NCBI GenBank assembly: GCA_951406725.2
Contig: OX597823.1
Coordinates: 38,750,001-38,814,000 of the forward strand
Direction of reading: 5' to 3'
Length of the DNA stretch: 64,000 nt
DNA from: Octopus vulgaris
Taxonomy: Eukaryota
Position numbers and translations under genes: made by a program. Below are positions 34,841-48,452 of the stretch, one piece after another; position 1 is the first letter of the stretch; each line of letters opens with the position of its first letter. Below the pieces are notes generated by a model. It was not told the origin of the DNA, ran no database searches, and worked only from the letters and a program-made list of their open reading frames with translations.

Positions 34841-37190
34841 TGTATATATATACACAGTCACACACCACATTCTTATATTCTTTCAAATCTTCTTGAGCAG
34901 CACACAAATTTATTCTGAGATCAGTGACACTCCCAAATAGTTTTAGGTATCATTCACCTTGTCTTTTACCTTGTTGTTGCTATTACTATTGTTTTAAACT
35001 ATTTATGTAGTGAGTCAGAACTGAACTAATGTATGGAAATCTCTTGTAGATACCCTCAGCTCACAACATTTTTCTTTCTGCTTTTTTTTTGTCTTGAATT
35101 GATTTGGCTTCAAGAAGCAATAATTACATGGTAGAATTTTCACAAGACATATACATGAAAGTCTAGTTCAGAGATAGATGGAATTGATTTCGTTACAAAC
35201 TATTGCTTTGTTGTTCTCATTTCTTTCTGTACGCCTTCATTCCCCTCCTTGTTTTTTATTTTCTAGACATTTTTTGAACATCAAAAACATCTTCAAAATT
35301 TTACCTTATATTCTCTTCTTTCTCCTTCTCCTTTACTTATTTCATTCCAAAACTCGTTAGAGTAAAAGAACCAAACATCTCTCACCCACCAAAACAACAA
35401 CTAGCACTCCATGTTCCACCCCACACAAGTTTGTTTCAAATTAATCTCAAACAACTGATATAACAACAACAACTATTCCCATAAAATCAATATTTATGGG
35501 CCTTAAATAATATATAAGATAAAAAAAAAATGGAAAATTCAAAGTTCTTGAAATTCTTTAACCTAACAAATGGTCTTCATTAAGAAAGTTCTAGTTCTTT
35601 TGCTCTGTGGCAGAAAAGAAAGAAAGTAAAAAATATGAAAATAAGATAAAAGCATTATGACAAAGAAGTTTAGGGTACAACAGCAGTTGCAGTCTAGGAT
35701 AGTGAAGAAAAGGAATTTATATTTGGTACATCATAAGCTATAGACAATTCCTACCATATGGGCCACAACATATACCAATGTTTTTTTAAATTCACATTCT
35801 CATTATGAATGTGTATGTGTATGTATGTGTGCACATGTATGCATGTATATATGTATGTACACATGTGCATGTGTGTGTGACTATTGTGTAATTTCAACCC
35901 CATTACTGGGTCTTAGCATCATTAAGTTCCAGTAATTCAGGTCAGGAATAAAGAGAATCAATGGTAGATATACAGAAAGCCATGACAGGCATCACAATCT
36001 CCTGTCTCCTTCTGTGTCTCCAACAAATATTTCAGATACCATTTTAAAAATAGGTTTTCAGTCAACTAATGGAATGTGATGACAACAACAACAACAATAT
36101 GATGGTATCTTGAAAAGGAGCTGTTTCTTTGCTCACTCTCCTTAAATAATTTGTTAATTTAACTAATTTATAGAAATAAATGTCCACCATTGCATAGAGA
36201 ATTCATTGGCAGATATTTTGCTTTGTTTTGTTTTTTTGTCTCCACATTCCTTTCATCTTGAAAAACATATTAAATTCTTAGATTCCATTCAATTTGATCC
36301 TTCTACCTTCTGATTTTAAATCCCTCATTTTCTTTTAAATCTTTTCTTGTTAATTGTTGAGGTAACAACAACCATCGCTGCAGCTGCTACCACCATCACC
36401 ACTGCCACTGCAACTGCCATTACCAGTGTAGCCACCACCAGTACCATCAACATCATTATGTGGAATAGCAGAATTGTTAGAGTACCAGAGAAAATGCCTA
36501 GCAGTATTGGTTCCAACTCTTTACATTCTGAGTTCAACCCCACCAAGATTAACTTTGCATTCATCTCTTTAGGGTCAATAAAAAAAATAACAGTCAAGAA
36601 CTGGGGTCAGTTTAATAAACTAACCATTATCCTGACTTCAAAACTTCTGGCCTTGTACAAAAATTAGAAAAAGCACCCAGTAACTCTGTAAAGTGTTTGG
36701 CAATAGGAAAGGTATCCATCTGTAAAAAAAAAAACGTCAAAGCTGACAGTGGAGTTGGCACAGTCTTCTGGCTCATCAGGACCTGTCAAACTGTCCAACC
36801 CATGACAGCATCAAAGACAGACATTAAATGATGATGATAATGATTTACACACACTCACAGAGGCTTTGAACTTCTTTTAGGTTCCATCTACCAAATCCAC
36901 TCACAAGGCTTTGGTTGACCTGGGTCTTTAGTAGAAGACACTTGATCAAGGTGCAATGCAGTGTGACTGAACCCAGAACTATATTGTCAGGTAACGAATT
37001 TCTTACAGTACAGCCATTTTTGCACCTTTATGAAAAAATATAATTACAGAATATGTAACTAAATATCAAGAAGTCTTCATTTTAAATGGTGAAAGTTTGG
37101 GAAATGCAACTCCTTAGTATGTAAGTAATGGTTTCCTAAGAATGGAAAACTGAAGACAGTTCATAATATATTAGAAGAGATAACAACATA

Positions 37191-38415
37191 CAAGGTGCAT
37201 TCAGAAAGTACCTGACTTTATTTTTTCCCACCAAAGCTAATGCTGCAGAGGCAAAATCCTTTGGCAGGGAGGTGAGGTGATGCCACTGTTTCTGTGCATG
37301 TATGAAAATTTTCATGCTTGTAGGCCATGTCAGTTCCTGACTGTTATGCCTAATGTGCAGACATGTAGTGTGCACTCATTGGATTTTCGTTTTCATGCAA
37401 GATGACTGAATGCATTGAGCAGACATACTGCATCAAGTTTTGTCAAAAGCTTGGTGATACTCAAGTTCAAACTATCCAGAAGATTCAGCAGGCCTTTGAC
37501 ATTGATGCCATGTGCAAAACTCAGATCAAGGAGTGCTACAACTGGTACAAACATGGCCACACCTCAGTGGAGATTAATACACACTCAAGTGGGTTATTCA
37601 CAAGCTGAAACAAGGAGTTGATTGAGAAGATTCAGTGAAGTCATGAAAGACCATCATGTGACAATCCAGAAAACTGTTCACAGGAATAGTGTATCCCAAT
37701 TTAATGGAAGATTTGTGCAAGTGGAGAGTGTAGGCAAAATTCGTCTCCAAGGTGCTGGAGAAGCAGCAGAAGAATCTCCACATGGAAATCACTCAGGACA
37801 TGCTGGACTGTGCAAACCGCAACCTAGACTTCACAAAGACCATCATCACTGCTGATGTTACATGGGTTTATGGTTACAACCCAGAAACCAAGTTCGAGTC
37901 CTCCCAATGGAAGCATCCATTATCACCAAGGATTAAAAGAGCATGACAGGTTTGCAGCAATATGAAGGTAATATTGACTTGTTTCTTTCACCTGTGGTAT
38001 TGTACATCATGAGGATGCACCACAAGGCCAAACAGTCAATAAGGAATACTACCTGGAAGTTACACATCATCTTCATGATACTTGCATGGAAAGCAGCCTG
38101 ACATGGGCGGCAAAGAATTGATAACTTCATCATGACAATGCCCCTGCTCATTCTGCTCACATAATCCAAGCATTCCTGGTCAAGAACAACATAAATTGAG
38201 TTGCAAAAGGAAACTATGAGGAAAGCAACAGCGGAGCTCCAGATCGTTCCAGAGAAGACGTTCCAGAGGTATTACCAACAGTGGCAGAACTGTAGGGTGA
38301 AGTGTGTAAACTCCCAAGGGGAATATTTTGCAAGTGATTAAATAAAGTTTGTGAAATGTATAAAATTGTCGGTTTTTTTATGCCCAAAAGTCGGATACTT
38401 TTTGAATGTACTTCA
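37191..38415 (+). mobile_element. Near full-length decayed mariner (irritans-like), 1225 bp
   Basis: TA at 37189-37190 and 38416-38417; 29-bp TIR CAAGGTGCATTCAGAAAGTACCTGACTTT / AAAGTCGGATACTTTTTGAATGTACTTCA; EQTYCIKFCQKLG HTH; IITADVTWVYGYNPETK; HHDNAPAH; frameshifts and stops. Confidence 0.95.
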
Positions 38416-39198
38416 TATTTGATGTTGTTTACTCTCAAGCTAGTTCTGATCAAGCTGACATATAATCCAACCACGATCACCACACCTATTTTATTCATGC
38501 ATACTGTGTCTACAAAGATACATTATCCAATATTTCCTTTGTTCTTTTATGATGGCAGGGAAGTGTGATTTGAGTGAGAGTTGGTCATTAATTCTAGCAT
38601 GTCAAACAACTGCAGAAAAACTGATGCTGGTTCAGCATGAAATGGTTAGCATCATTGCCTTTCATCTGTTTGCTGTAGAATAGTTATGTCATCAAATGAT
38701 GCTGGAAAATGCTAACTGAAACTTTTAGCAATGGAATAACTGGGTTTTTGAAGATCATGTTGCCTGTTCAAGACATGAAAGGTTAGGCAGAGAGGGGGAA
38801 AGTGAATGTGCATATTGTGCAAGTGTGTGTGTATGTGTGAGATTGTATATATATGTGTCTGTGTATGTGTGTGTCATTTTGGAGCCCAATAAGAAAAGAG
38901 GAAGGGAAATAAAGGAAAGAATGTGAAGATGAAACAATAGAACCAGTTTATTGAATGTGGATGAAAGATGATTGATAAGGTGTCAGAGGTAGGAAGAAAA
39001 AGAGGCAGAGATAGGGACATATTGAGAGAGAGAGAGAAAAGCAGACAGAGGGAGGGACATACCATGAGACAGAAATATCAAGCAGAAGAGAACCTAACAA
39101 TGGGGTAGAGGGGGAAAGAGGAAGGTGAGAAAAAAAAAAACAGTTGTTGAGAAAAAGATTCACTGAACAATAATTGGTAATGAATTTACACACTTCCA

Positions 39199-39282
<84 letters not shown>

Positions 39283-39405
39283 TTGTATATTTATGTCATC
39301 ACAAGAACATATCAGTATCCATGTAAACACACAATATATTTAAAAGAATTTCTTTTCTCCACAGACAAGAATAAAACAATAATTCAATAATCAAATAACA
39401 AGAGA

Positions 39406-39437
<32 letters not shown>

Positions 39438-39769
39438 TGATGATGATAATAAAATTATATACTTTTAGATTTCACAGTATGTTGCTGTTGCTATTGTTTT
39501 TGTTGGTAATGTAGTGCAATATTTTGTGTAAAGAATTCAATCCAATGGGAATGACAAAGATGGCATTTGGTAAAAGAGCAAAAAATTCTTTATGCATTGA
39601 GTTTATTATGTTTGAAATCAGTTTTTTCCTTCTGTTTTTCAGATCAGCTGCACTAGGTGTTGATGTGTGGTGAACTTTCCTTCAAAATGTTATGGTTTTA
39701 GGGTCTATTATACCAAATAGCATCTTGGCTAAGTGTCTTCCATCAAAGCCTTCTTGTTGGGACCATTCA

Positions 39770-39870
39770 CAAAAGTACAGCTCCCAAAATTACTGTAGAG
39801 CTTCATGACCACCTCAAGAACCCAGTTTCCACAAACACTGTTCACTGGGAGCTGCACAAAGCCAAATTTC
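39770..39870 (+). mobile_element. Fragment of the Tc1 family at 52143-53373
   Basis: AAAAGTACAGCTCCCAAAATTACTG...AACCCAGTTTCCACAAA is the reverse complement of ~52865-52962. Confidence 0.8.
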
Positions 39871-40154
39871 CCCTTAGTGATATCACTTTAACCTAAAATA
39901 CTAATATAATATATAAATTCAACCCCTGTATATGTACTGTGACATCAATATATGAAATAATGGTGACATGGATTATGTATATACATTGGCATGTATGGAC
40001 ACCATTTTGTGAGATGATGGTGACTTGGCATATATACACGTACACTGGTATGTATATAAATCTACCATGATACTATGTTGTGAAACAACAGTGTCTTGGT
40101 ATATGTTCATACATTAACAAGTATGATATGGTGTGCATATATATATATACATAC

Positions 40155-40307
40155 AGGTGCAGGTGTGTGGTAAGAAGTTTGCTTCCCAACCGCATGGTTC
40201 TGGGTTCAGTCCCATTGCATGGCACTTTGGGCAAGTGTCTTCTGCTATAGTCTTGGGTCAACCAAAGCCTTGTGAGTGGATTTGGTAGACGGAAACTGAA
40301 AGAAGCC

Positions 40308-40362
<55 letters not shown>

Positions 40363-40424
40363 TAAACACATAAATGTGAAACAAGGTGGAAAAAAGAGTA
40401 CTCAAATTGTGTGTTTCTGTTTTG

Positions 40425-40455
<31 letters not shown>

Positions 40456-40655
40456 AAATTTTGTGTGTTTCTGTTTGTCCGCCCACCATCGCTTGAAAAC
40501 CAATGCTGGTATCTTTAGGTCCCTGTAACTTAGCGGTTTGGCAAAACAAACTGATAGAGTAAGTACTAGGCTTACAAAAAATAAGTCCTGGGGTTGGTTT
40601 CTTCAACTAAAACCCTTTAATGGTTGCAGTCAAATGACTGAAACAAATAAAAGAA
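40155..40655 (+). mobile_element. SINE family A with ~50-bp foreign insert in its central (TA)n
   Basis: Head and tail intact; GAGTAAACACATAAATGTGAAACAAGGTGG... inserted at 40360-40408. Confidence 0.85.
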
Positions 40656-41071
40656 TATATATATATGCACACACACATATAATAGGCGGCTGATAGCTGT
40701 AGAGGAGCTTTGTCAGTAATCATCATCATCATTTAATGTTTGACCAGGGCTGCACCAGACTTCTGATTTGGCATAGTTTCTACAGCTGGATGCTTTTCCT
40801 AATTCCAACCACTCCAAGAGTGTAATAGGTGCTTTTACATGTCACTGGCATGGGTGCTAGTTGTGTGACACCAGTATCTGCCATGAGTACTATTTCACTT
40901 TCTGCAACTTCGCAAAGGCCTTTGAGCAGGTATCACCATGACAACTTTCTCTGTCATGGTCAATGTGATGATCACATGCTACACACCTTCCATCCAAGTA
41001 CTGCTATAAACAGCAGAAGTGAGCCGTAATGTTAAAACTTAGTGTGAATGCACATCAGATTTTAAGGTCAC

Positions 41072-41577
41072 ATGTGACATTGGAGGAAATAAAAATTAAG
41101 GCAGAGACGGACAAGTTTATCATAAAAATAAAAAAAAAAAAACAATGAGATCAGAAGAAACAAAAACAAAATATGTGTGGCTGGATGTAACACAGTTCTG
41201 AATTTGTATTTGACATGTGATAATGTGCTTATGTGTTCACAGAAGGTCGTAATTCCTACCTTACTACAAGTTCGAATGTTAAAGGAATTCCAAACTGGAC
41301 ATCCAGGAATTTCTAGGATGAAGTCACTTATGAGGAGTTATGTTTACTGGCAGAAAATGTGGATGTTGGTTTTCTACATTTACACATTTCTGGCAATTTT
41401 GTAAAGCTATCTACCACTATTAGATAATATGATTGGTTTAACGATCCTGTGAAATCTATGTGTAGTCTGGACCATGGATTATCAGTCTTGGGCCAGGGTT
41501 GAAATTTTATAGGTAGTGATTTCACTGCCAGAGCACAACCTCTGCAGGATTTTACCAACTTCTCGATATCCATTTTC
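41072..41577 (+). mobile_element. Ty3/Gypsy LTR-retrotransposon integrase fragment with internal inversion
   Basis: Plus strand: VVIPTLLQVRMLKEFQTGHPGISRMKSLMRSYVYWQKM. Its continuation DIEKLVKSCRGC...WSRLHIDFTG...YLIVVDSFTK lies on the minus strand at 41360-41570. Confidence 0.9.
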
Positions 41578-42325
41578 CAAAAATAAAAGTATTTAAAAAG
41601 AAAAATCAAATAAATGTCAACTAGATTACGGCTGGGAGATAACAGTTTACTCAAAGTAGCTGCCCTCAGCTTCCACCACAACCTCAAGATGACTCCAAAA
41701 CTTGATACAGCATTCCTTGCTGTGTCCTTGGAAAGGTCTTCAAACACCTCCTTGATCTTGGCCACTAACTTGGTCTTGGTGTGGCAGGAAGAGCTGTTGA
41801 TGTCTTTCTCAACCATTCCCCACACATAGGAATCTATGGGACTACAAATGGGGAAACTGAAAGGAGACCGGTGAAGTTTTAGAACTTTACTAACAACTAC
41901 TTCTGACACTTTCCCCTGCTGCCAGATATATGGCATACCAGCAGCAATCCTCTCCAGTCAAGGATTGACCAAAATCTCCAGAAGGTTTACATAGTCAGGC
42001 GCAGGAGTGGCTGTGTGGTAAGTAGCTTGCTAACTAACCACATGGTTCCGGGTTCAGTCCCACTGCGTGGCATCTTGGGCAAGTGTCTTCTGCTATAGCC
42101 CCGGGCCGACCAATGCCTTGTGAGTGGATTTGGTAGACGGAAACTGAAAGAAGCCTGTCGTATATATATACTACTTGGCGTTAGGAAGGGCATCCAGCCG
42201 TAGAAACACTGCCAGATCTGACTGGGCCTGACGAAGCCTTCCAGCTTCACAGACCCCAGTTGACCCGTCCAACCCATGCTAGCATGGAAGCGGACGCTAA
42301 ACGATGATGATGATGATGATGATGA

Positions 42326-42357
<32 letters not shown>

Positions 42358-42930
42358 TCCCCCTAGCATTGCTTGACAACCGATGCTGGTGTGTTTACGT
42401 CCCCGTCACTTAGCGGTTCGGCAAAAGAGACTGATAGAATAAGTACTGGGCTTACAAAGAATAAGTCCCGGGGTCGATTTGCTCGACTAAAGGCGGTGCT
42501 CCAGCATGGCCGCAGTCAAATGACTGAAACAAGTAAAAGAGTAAAGAATCATCTGAATTGAGCCTAAATCCCCGTTAGAAAAAAATGAGGATGAACTCTA
42601 ACATGTGGACACAGTCAGAATGTCTGCTGGCCATGACTTTGTAGTCTCTGTTGCATCTGTCAATGTCATATCTTGCAGCCATTACAGTGCTCACAGACCA
42701 TTGAGCAGCCATCATGATGTTGGCACTTTGATACTTGGCATGAATCGTCTTGACACAAGTAATTCTTTTCCAATATTCAGATAGCTTCCAGTTCCCCATG
42801 TCAGCTAACTTTTTCTTTACTACAACTTTAATCTTTATGCTCTCAAACACCCATGACTGTTCAACAATATGTCAAGCTGTTCTTGACAAAAAGGAGGCAT
42901 AAAAAAATGTCATATTTAGCTTAAACACTG
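41578..42930 (-). mobile_element. Second copy of the maT-like transposon (inverted relative to 3523-4825), interrupted by a SINE
   Basis: 42715-42930 is the reverse-complement homologue of 3523-3737; PYIWQQ...CSPIDSYVWGMVEKDIN; TA at 42931-42932. Confidence 0.85.
41998..42547 (+). mobile_element. SINE family A, young copy carrying a nested RTE-type tail
   Basis: Near-identical to 3738-4154; 42171-42327 (TTGGCGTTAGGAAGGGCATCCAGCCGTAG...CGCTAAAC(GAT)n) sits inside its central microsatellite. Confidence 0.92.
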
Positions 42931-44379
42931 TACAAATCAATAAAATAAATACCAGTAATTCTCTGAGGCCCATTTAATTAATTACTTTTATTTTCAAAAC
43001 ATTTTTGTGAACATGTACCAAACATGAAAACTGAAAGAAACCTGCTTTGTGTGTGTGTGTGTATCTTCATCTAGAGATCACATGATGGTTGTACCTGACC
43101 ATCATCATAGTAAAAGCAAGTTTGTTCTTTTCCAGCCTTACATGATAAAAAATGTCTGGCTGGTGGGAAGATGTCAGTTACTTTGCTTGGAAACATGTGA
43201 GTGTTGGTGACAGAAAGGGCAAGTGAGCCACAGAGAATCTGCCTCAACAAATTCAGTTTGACCCAGACAAACATAGAAAAATGGACGTTTGATGTTTGTT
43301 GTTGTTCAAAATGATGTGCTAAAATTAGAGATCATTATTATTCACCGATATTATTCATAAATTCTTATTATTACTTATTTGCACGAACTAGATTATGAAA
43401 CGTGACGTTAGTCATTATAAGCAAAAAATTGGAGCAGAAAAAGAAAAAAATCTACTAGTGGCAGATTGCCAGATTGGTGGCGGCATTACCAATTAATCAA
43501 CAAAGAACATGACATTCCATTTTCACCAAAGTAGGTACTCAAAATACAGCAACTGTTACCATTTTTTGCTGCCTCAGACTGGTACTTAAAATGACTAATT
43601 TACATTACATTAAAACGTTAAAATATAATTTCTCAATTTTAAGAGTTGGAAATATAATTAAATTATAATTTGTTTCACTTATGTGTGTGTGTATGTATGT
43701 AAGTGTAAGCATGAGAGCATGCTTGTTCATGTATATATATGTGTGTATATAAACACATAATAATTGTATGTGTGTATGCTTGCTTAAGTATATGTGTATA
43801 TGTATATGAATGTAAGTATATGTGCATGTATGTTTACATATATGTGTGTTTATATACATAAAATAACTACTAGCTTGGTCAAATAGTTAAGAAGCCCACT
43901 TCACAATCAATAGGTACAGGTTCAATCTCACTGAACAGCACCTTGAGCAAATCTCTTTTTTTTACTGTACAAGCAATTCAAAGGTTATGCCGCATCACAC
44001 ACACCATATCTTATTTATTCAGATTGAATATCATGTGAAAGGGACACATATTTATGAAATACTCAGCCACTTTCACTATTATTTAGTGAGTAGGTAGCTC
44101 CATTAACAAAACGACTGGAATACACAACACTGAACGTAAGACTAGGATGGATGGTTTGATGCATGCATGCATTGTCATAATCATTTAACATTTGTATTCG
44201 ATGCTGATATGGGCTGGATGATTTAACAAGATCAAACAAGCCAGAGGATTGCATTGAGCTCTGATGCCTGCTTTGGAATGGTTTCTATGGCTGGATATGT
44301 TTCCTAATGCCAACAACTTTACAGGGGTATACTGGGTGCATTTTATGTGGCACCTTTAGTAAAAAGGAGCATTACCATT

Positions 44380-44588
44380 AAGGCAGTAAGCTGGCATATC
44401 ATTAGCACACTGGGCAAAATGCTAAGTGGCATTTTGGCCATCTTTATGTTCTGAGTTCAAATTCTGCTGAGATTGACTTTGCCTTTCATCCTTGTGGGGT
44501 TGATAAAATAAGTATCAGTCGAATACTAGGCTCAATGTAATCGACTTACCCCCTCCCTGAAATAGCTGGCCTTGTGCCAAAACTTGAA

Positions 44589-44644
<56 letters not shown>

Positions 44645-44870
44645 AGTAGCAAGCTGGCAGACCTGTTACTGTGCTGGACAAAATGCTTAGCAGTACTTCA
44701 TCTGGTTCTTTAGATTTTTAATTCAAATGCTATTGAGGATAACTTTGCCTTTCATCCTTGGGGGAGGTGGGGTTAATAAACTAAAGTACCAGTCAAGTAC
44801 TGGGGTTGATGTAATAAACCTGCTCCTGTACTCCTCTCAAAATTGCTAACTTTGTGCCAAAATTAGAATT
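44380..44870 (+). mobile_element. Two tandem SINE family B copies separated by (ATT)n
   Basis: AAGCTGGCA...AAAATGCT...CTTTGCCTTTCATCCTTG occurs twice. Confidence 0.8.
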
Positions 44871-45147
44871 ATCATAACGTAAGACATGAGATAGAATAGT
44901 AGTTTCTTACTACTGAGATTACAATCTAAATCCCAGTATTATCCAATAATTCCATCTGATATGGATTTACCACCTGCAGCCAGAATGGAATATGCCATGA
45001 AAGTTAGTTCATCAAAACAACTTAATATTTGATTAACTTAATTTTCAAAACTGAAATAGGTTGATTTCATTCAATGAAGTGATAAAATTGTTCAAACTTA
45101 TATTTTTGGAAAGTTATAAAATATTCTTTTTTTTTTATATATATATG

Positions 45148-45188
<41 letters not shown>

Positions 45189-45239
45189 TATGTATATATA
45201 TATATATAAAGTTAGCAAGGAAATTGAAAATGAGGTTGT

Positions 45240-45665
45240 TTCTGGCAACAGTGGTGTCTGTTCTATATTGGGCTGAAACATAGATGCTCACTAAAGCATT
45301 GAAGAAGCAGTTGGACGGTTGCTATATGAAGATGCTTAGAATGGCACTCAATGTCTCCTGGAAGAGTCATACAACAAACACCAACTTATACCAGGGACTG
45401 CCAAATTATTGAAGATACAGCATAGAAGGGTGAGGCTAGCTGGACATTGCATCAGACATACCAATGAAATTGCTAACAAGCTAGACCTCTAGCAACCAAC
45501 AGAAGGAAGAACCAAGAGAGGAAGACGACCTATATTGACAATTTGCTGGAGAATACTGGTATAGAAGGGTAGATGAGCTGAGGACCATTATGGAAGGTCA
45601 AGATGAATGGGAACAATGTGTGGAAACAGTCTTGGGGCGTTCTATGGGACAATCTAGATGAGGTG
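45240..45665 (+). mobile_element. RTE-clade LINE 3' fragment (second family)
   Basis: VLYWAET*MLTKALKKQLDGCYMKMLRMALNVSWKSHTTN...RRVRLAGHCIRH...GRTKRGR. Confidence 0.85.
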
Positions 45666-46234
45666 TTGTTATGTTAACCACAGTCAAGTATGCTTAAGAT
45701 GACTGCATGACTAACTTACATATCATTGGCCACCCATCTGTTCAACAGCACTGTGTCATGGAGAAATATTCAGCATTGTCATCAGCATAAGGACATGGCC
45801 AATTCTACATCCCCTTCTTGATGCAAGACATTTGTCAGGTCATTTTTGAAATTTTCAACCTAATTACAGACAGACTGTAATAGTAAAACACTGCTGCCAT
45901 ACTGTGCTGAAAGCCTTCTATGGATCTTGGCCCCTGATATCTTCAAAAAAGTTATAAAAGATCATAAAAAACTGCCTTCCATTGAAGCTAACAGAAAGCA
46001 GAATGGCTGTAATTAATGCAAGAAAAATGACACAATTACTGTTTCAAGTTTAGACCTGAACCATAATAACCAAAAGAAAATTATGCCTAGTGATACTTGC
46101 ATTAAATTTCACTGCCATATATATCTTATATATAATATATATCTTATAGATAATTAATGACTTACCTTCATTTTTATACAGCAATTAGCTATTATGTTTA
46201 GATTTTCATAAATATAGTTTTTCTTAATTAATTG

Positions 46235-46615
46235 ACTATGTGGCAAAGAAGCTCACTCTGCAACCACATGGTTTCAGGTTCACTCCCACTGTGTGGAACC
46301 TTGAGCAAATGTCTTCTATTATAGCCCTGGGCCAACCAATGCCTTGTGAGTCAATTTAGTAGATGGAAACTATCTGGAAGCCCATCATGTGTGCATGTGT
46401 GTGTGTGTTATTTATGTTTGTCTCCCACCACCACTTGATAAGTGTTGGTTTATTTACATTCCTATAACTTAGCAGTTCAGCAAAAGAGACTGACAGAATA
46501 AATACTAGACTTTAAAATAAGTACTGTAGTCGATTTATTCATCTGAAATACTTCAAGACAGTGCCCCAGCATGGCTGCAATCCAATGACTGAAACAAGTA
46601 AAAGATGAAAAATAA
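46235..46615 (+). mobile_element. SINE family A diverged copy
   Basis: Head, core and ATGACTGAAACAAGTAAAAGA tail. Confidence 0.8.
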
Positions 46616-47246
46616 GATGTGTGGTCTTCCATTTCTGTAAGATGATAGTCCCAGGTCATGTTTAAATGAAGCAAACTTAGGATTAAAAAGCATTCCAGTC
46701 ATGGCCAGCCTGTATTTTTATGACTAACTAATGTGTCATTCTCTTGTTTTTAAGATGAAAAGGTGTGATTTGAGGAAAAGTTGGTTGCTATTTTTATAAC
46801 AGGAAGGGGTGAGCAAAGTGTTGTAGGCTCAGCTGACTTAAGGTACTGTTATCATATAGGTAGGGGTTTATAGTTAAGGTATGTTGTAATAATAAAAGGG
46901 CTGAAAATAGGGATGCTGGTTGGGTTAGTAAGAGCGTAGATGGCAATGGTAGCAGCAGTAGGGTAGTAATGATGGATATCTGTAAGGCTGATGATGGTGA
47001 GAGCTACCAAGAAATAGTTGGGTGGGTGTTAGTTGGGAGCAGTTTTTGGAGTGATTACAATTTTATTAGCAATGGAACTACAGTAGTAGAAGTAGTGGTA
47101 GTAGTAACTACTACATGTGTGTGTGGTGTGGTGTGTACGTTATATGTGTATGAGTGTGTGCGTGCATGAGCATGCGTGTGTGTGCTTGAGTGTGTGTGTG
47201 TGCACTTGAGTGTGGGCTTGAGTATGTGTGTGTGTCTATGTGTGTG

Positions 47247-47284
<38 letters not shown>

Positions 47285-47805
47285 GGATAGTAAAAGATGA
47301 TGTAAAGCAGATGTTTCTCATACATCAGTCTGACTCTAAACTGCCCAACCCTCTCCCCCACCTACCTACCACTTCACCTATCTTTCCCTACCTTTTCCAT
47401 CTTCTTCTTTTTCTTCTTCTTCTTCTACCACTAACCGATATTAGTGCTGCTGATCCAACCGCAGCAACCAAACGGAAGTTTCCATCATAGATAGATTCAT
47501 CCACCTTTTGACTCTACCTGCTACCTTTGCAGTTACTTCTTTCTTTCGTTCTTCCACCCATGACAGATGGCTAGCAAACTACGCAGTTGTCGAGAGGGAG
47601 GGGTCTTGCTTTAAATGACTATTTCGAGTGCAGCATCATAAATATTAGGAAACGCTCACCAAGAGTACAACAAGCAGTGGTAACAGCAGTAGCAGCAGCA
47701 ATAATGTTAATCACAGATTACCTCACTGTGATGACGTGGTACTAAGTGGCTACAATAATTAAGTCAGCATGCATGCACACACGCATACACTCATACACAC
47801 ATACC

Positions 47806-47844
<39 letters not shown>

Positions 47845-48009
47845 ACTCAAACTGCAGTTTGATGTAATTACTTCTTACAACTCAAAAAATAAGTTATGAC
47901 AGAATGTTAGATATATGGAATATCTCCACCATGACCCTCACCACTAATCTGCAGGTGTTAGTCTGACCACCCTTCCTAATATGTGTGTGTGTGTGTGTGC
48001 ATGCGTATA

Positions 48010-48452
48010 TGATGGACTCTCCTGTCGTTAGACGATGTATGAGGGTTCGACAATTTCTTACCGAACAACTACACAGCTGATTTGTTTATAGTGATCAAAT
48101 GTTTACCTGTACAGGTGCAATAGGTGTCACATGGCAGACGTCACAATGATTGCAGAACAATGTGAAATGAACTGCTTTGCTCAAGAACACAACACAATGT
48201 TCAGCCTGGGAATCGAACCCATGATCTCGTACTAAGCCATGCACCTTCACAAAAAGACTGGGACTCCGTCAGTTACAACAACAAGAGTTCCAATTGATCC
48301 GATCAATGGAACAGCTTGCTCATGAAATTAAAGCAAAAGTGGCTGTGCACTCCACAGACATGCTTATCCTGAATGTAGTTCACTGGGAACTTCAGTGTGA
48401 CAGAGAATGTGACAAGGCTGGCCCTTTTGAAATACAGGTACTACTCATTTTT
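48010..48452 (-). mobile_element. SINE family C-related pieces (minus strand)
   Basis: TTGCTCAAGAACACAACAC...GGAATCGAACCC is the reverse complement of the family C head; an adjacent body segment follows. Confidence 0.6.

Noticed and set aside
46809-46830. GTGAGCAAAGT resembling the miR-87 seed region
   Set aside because: Only 11 nt, adjacent to a dispersed repeat, with no hairpin partner.
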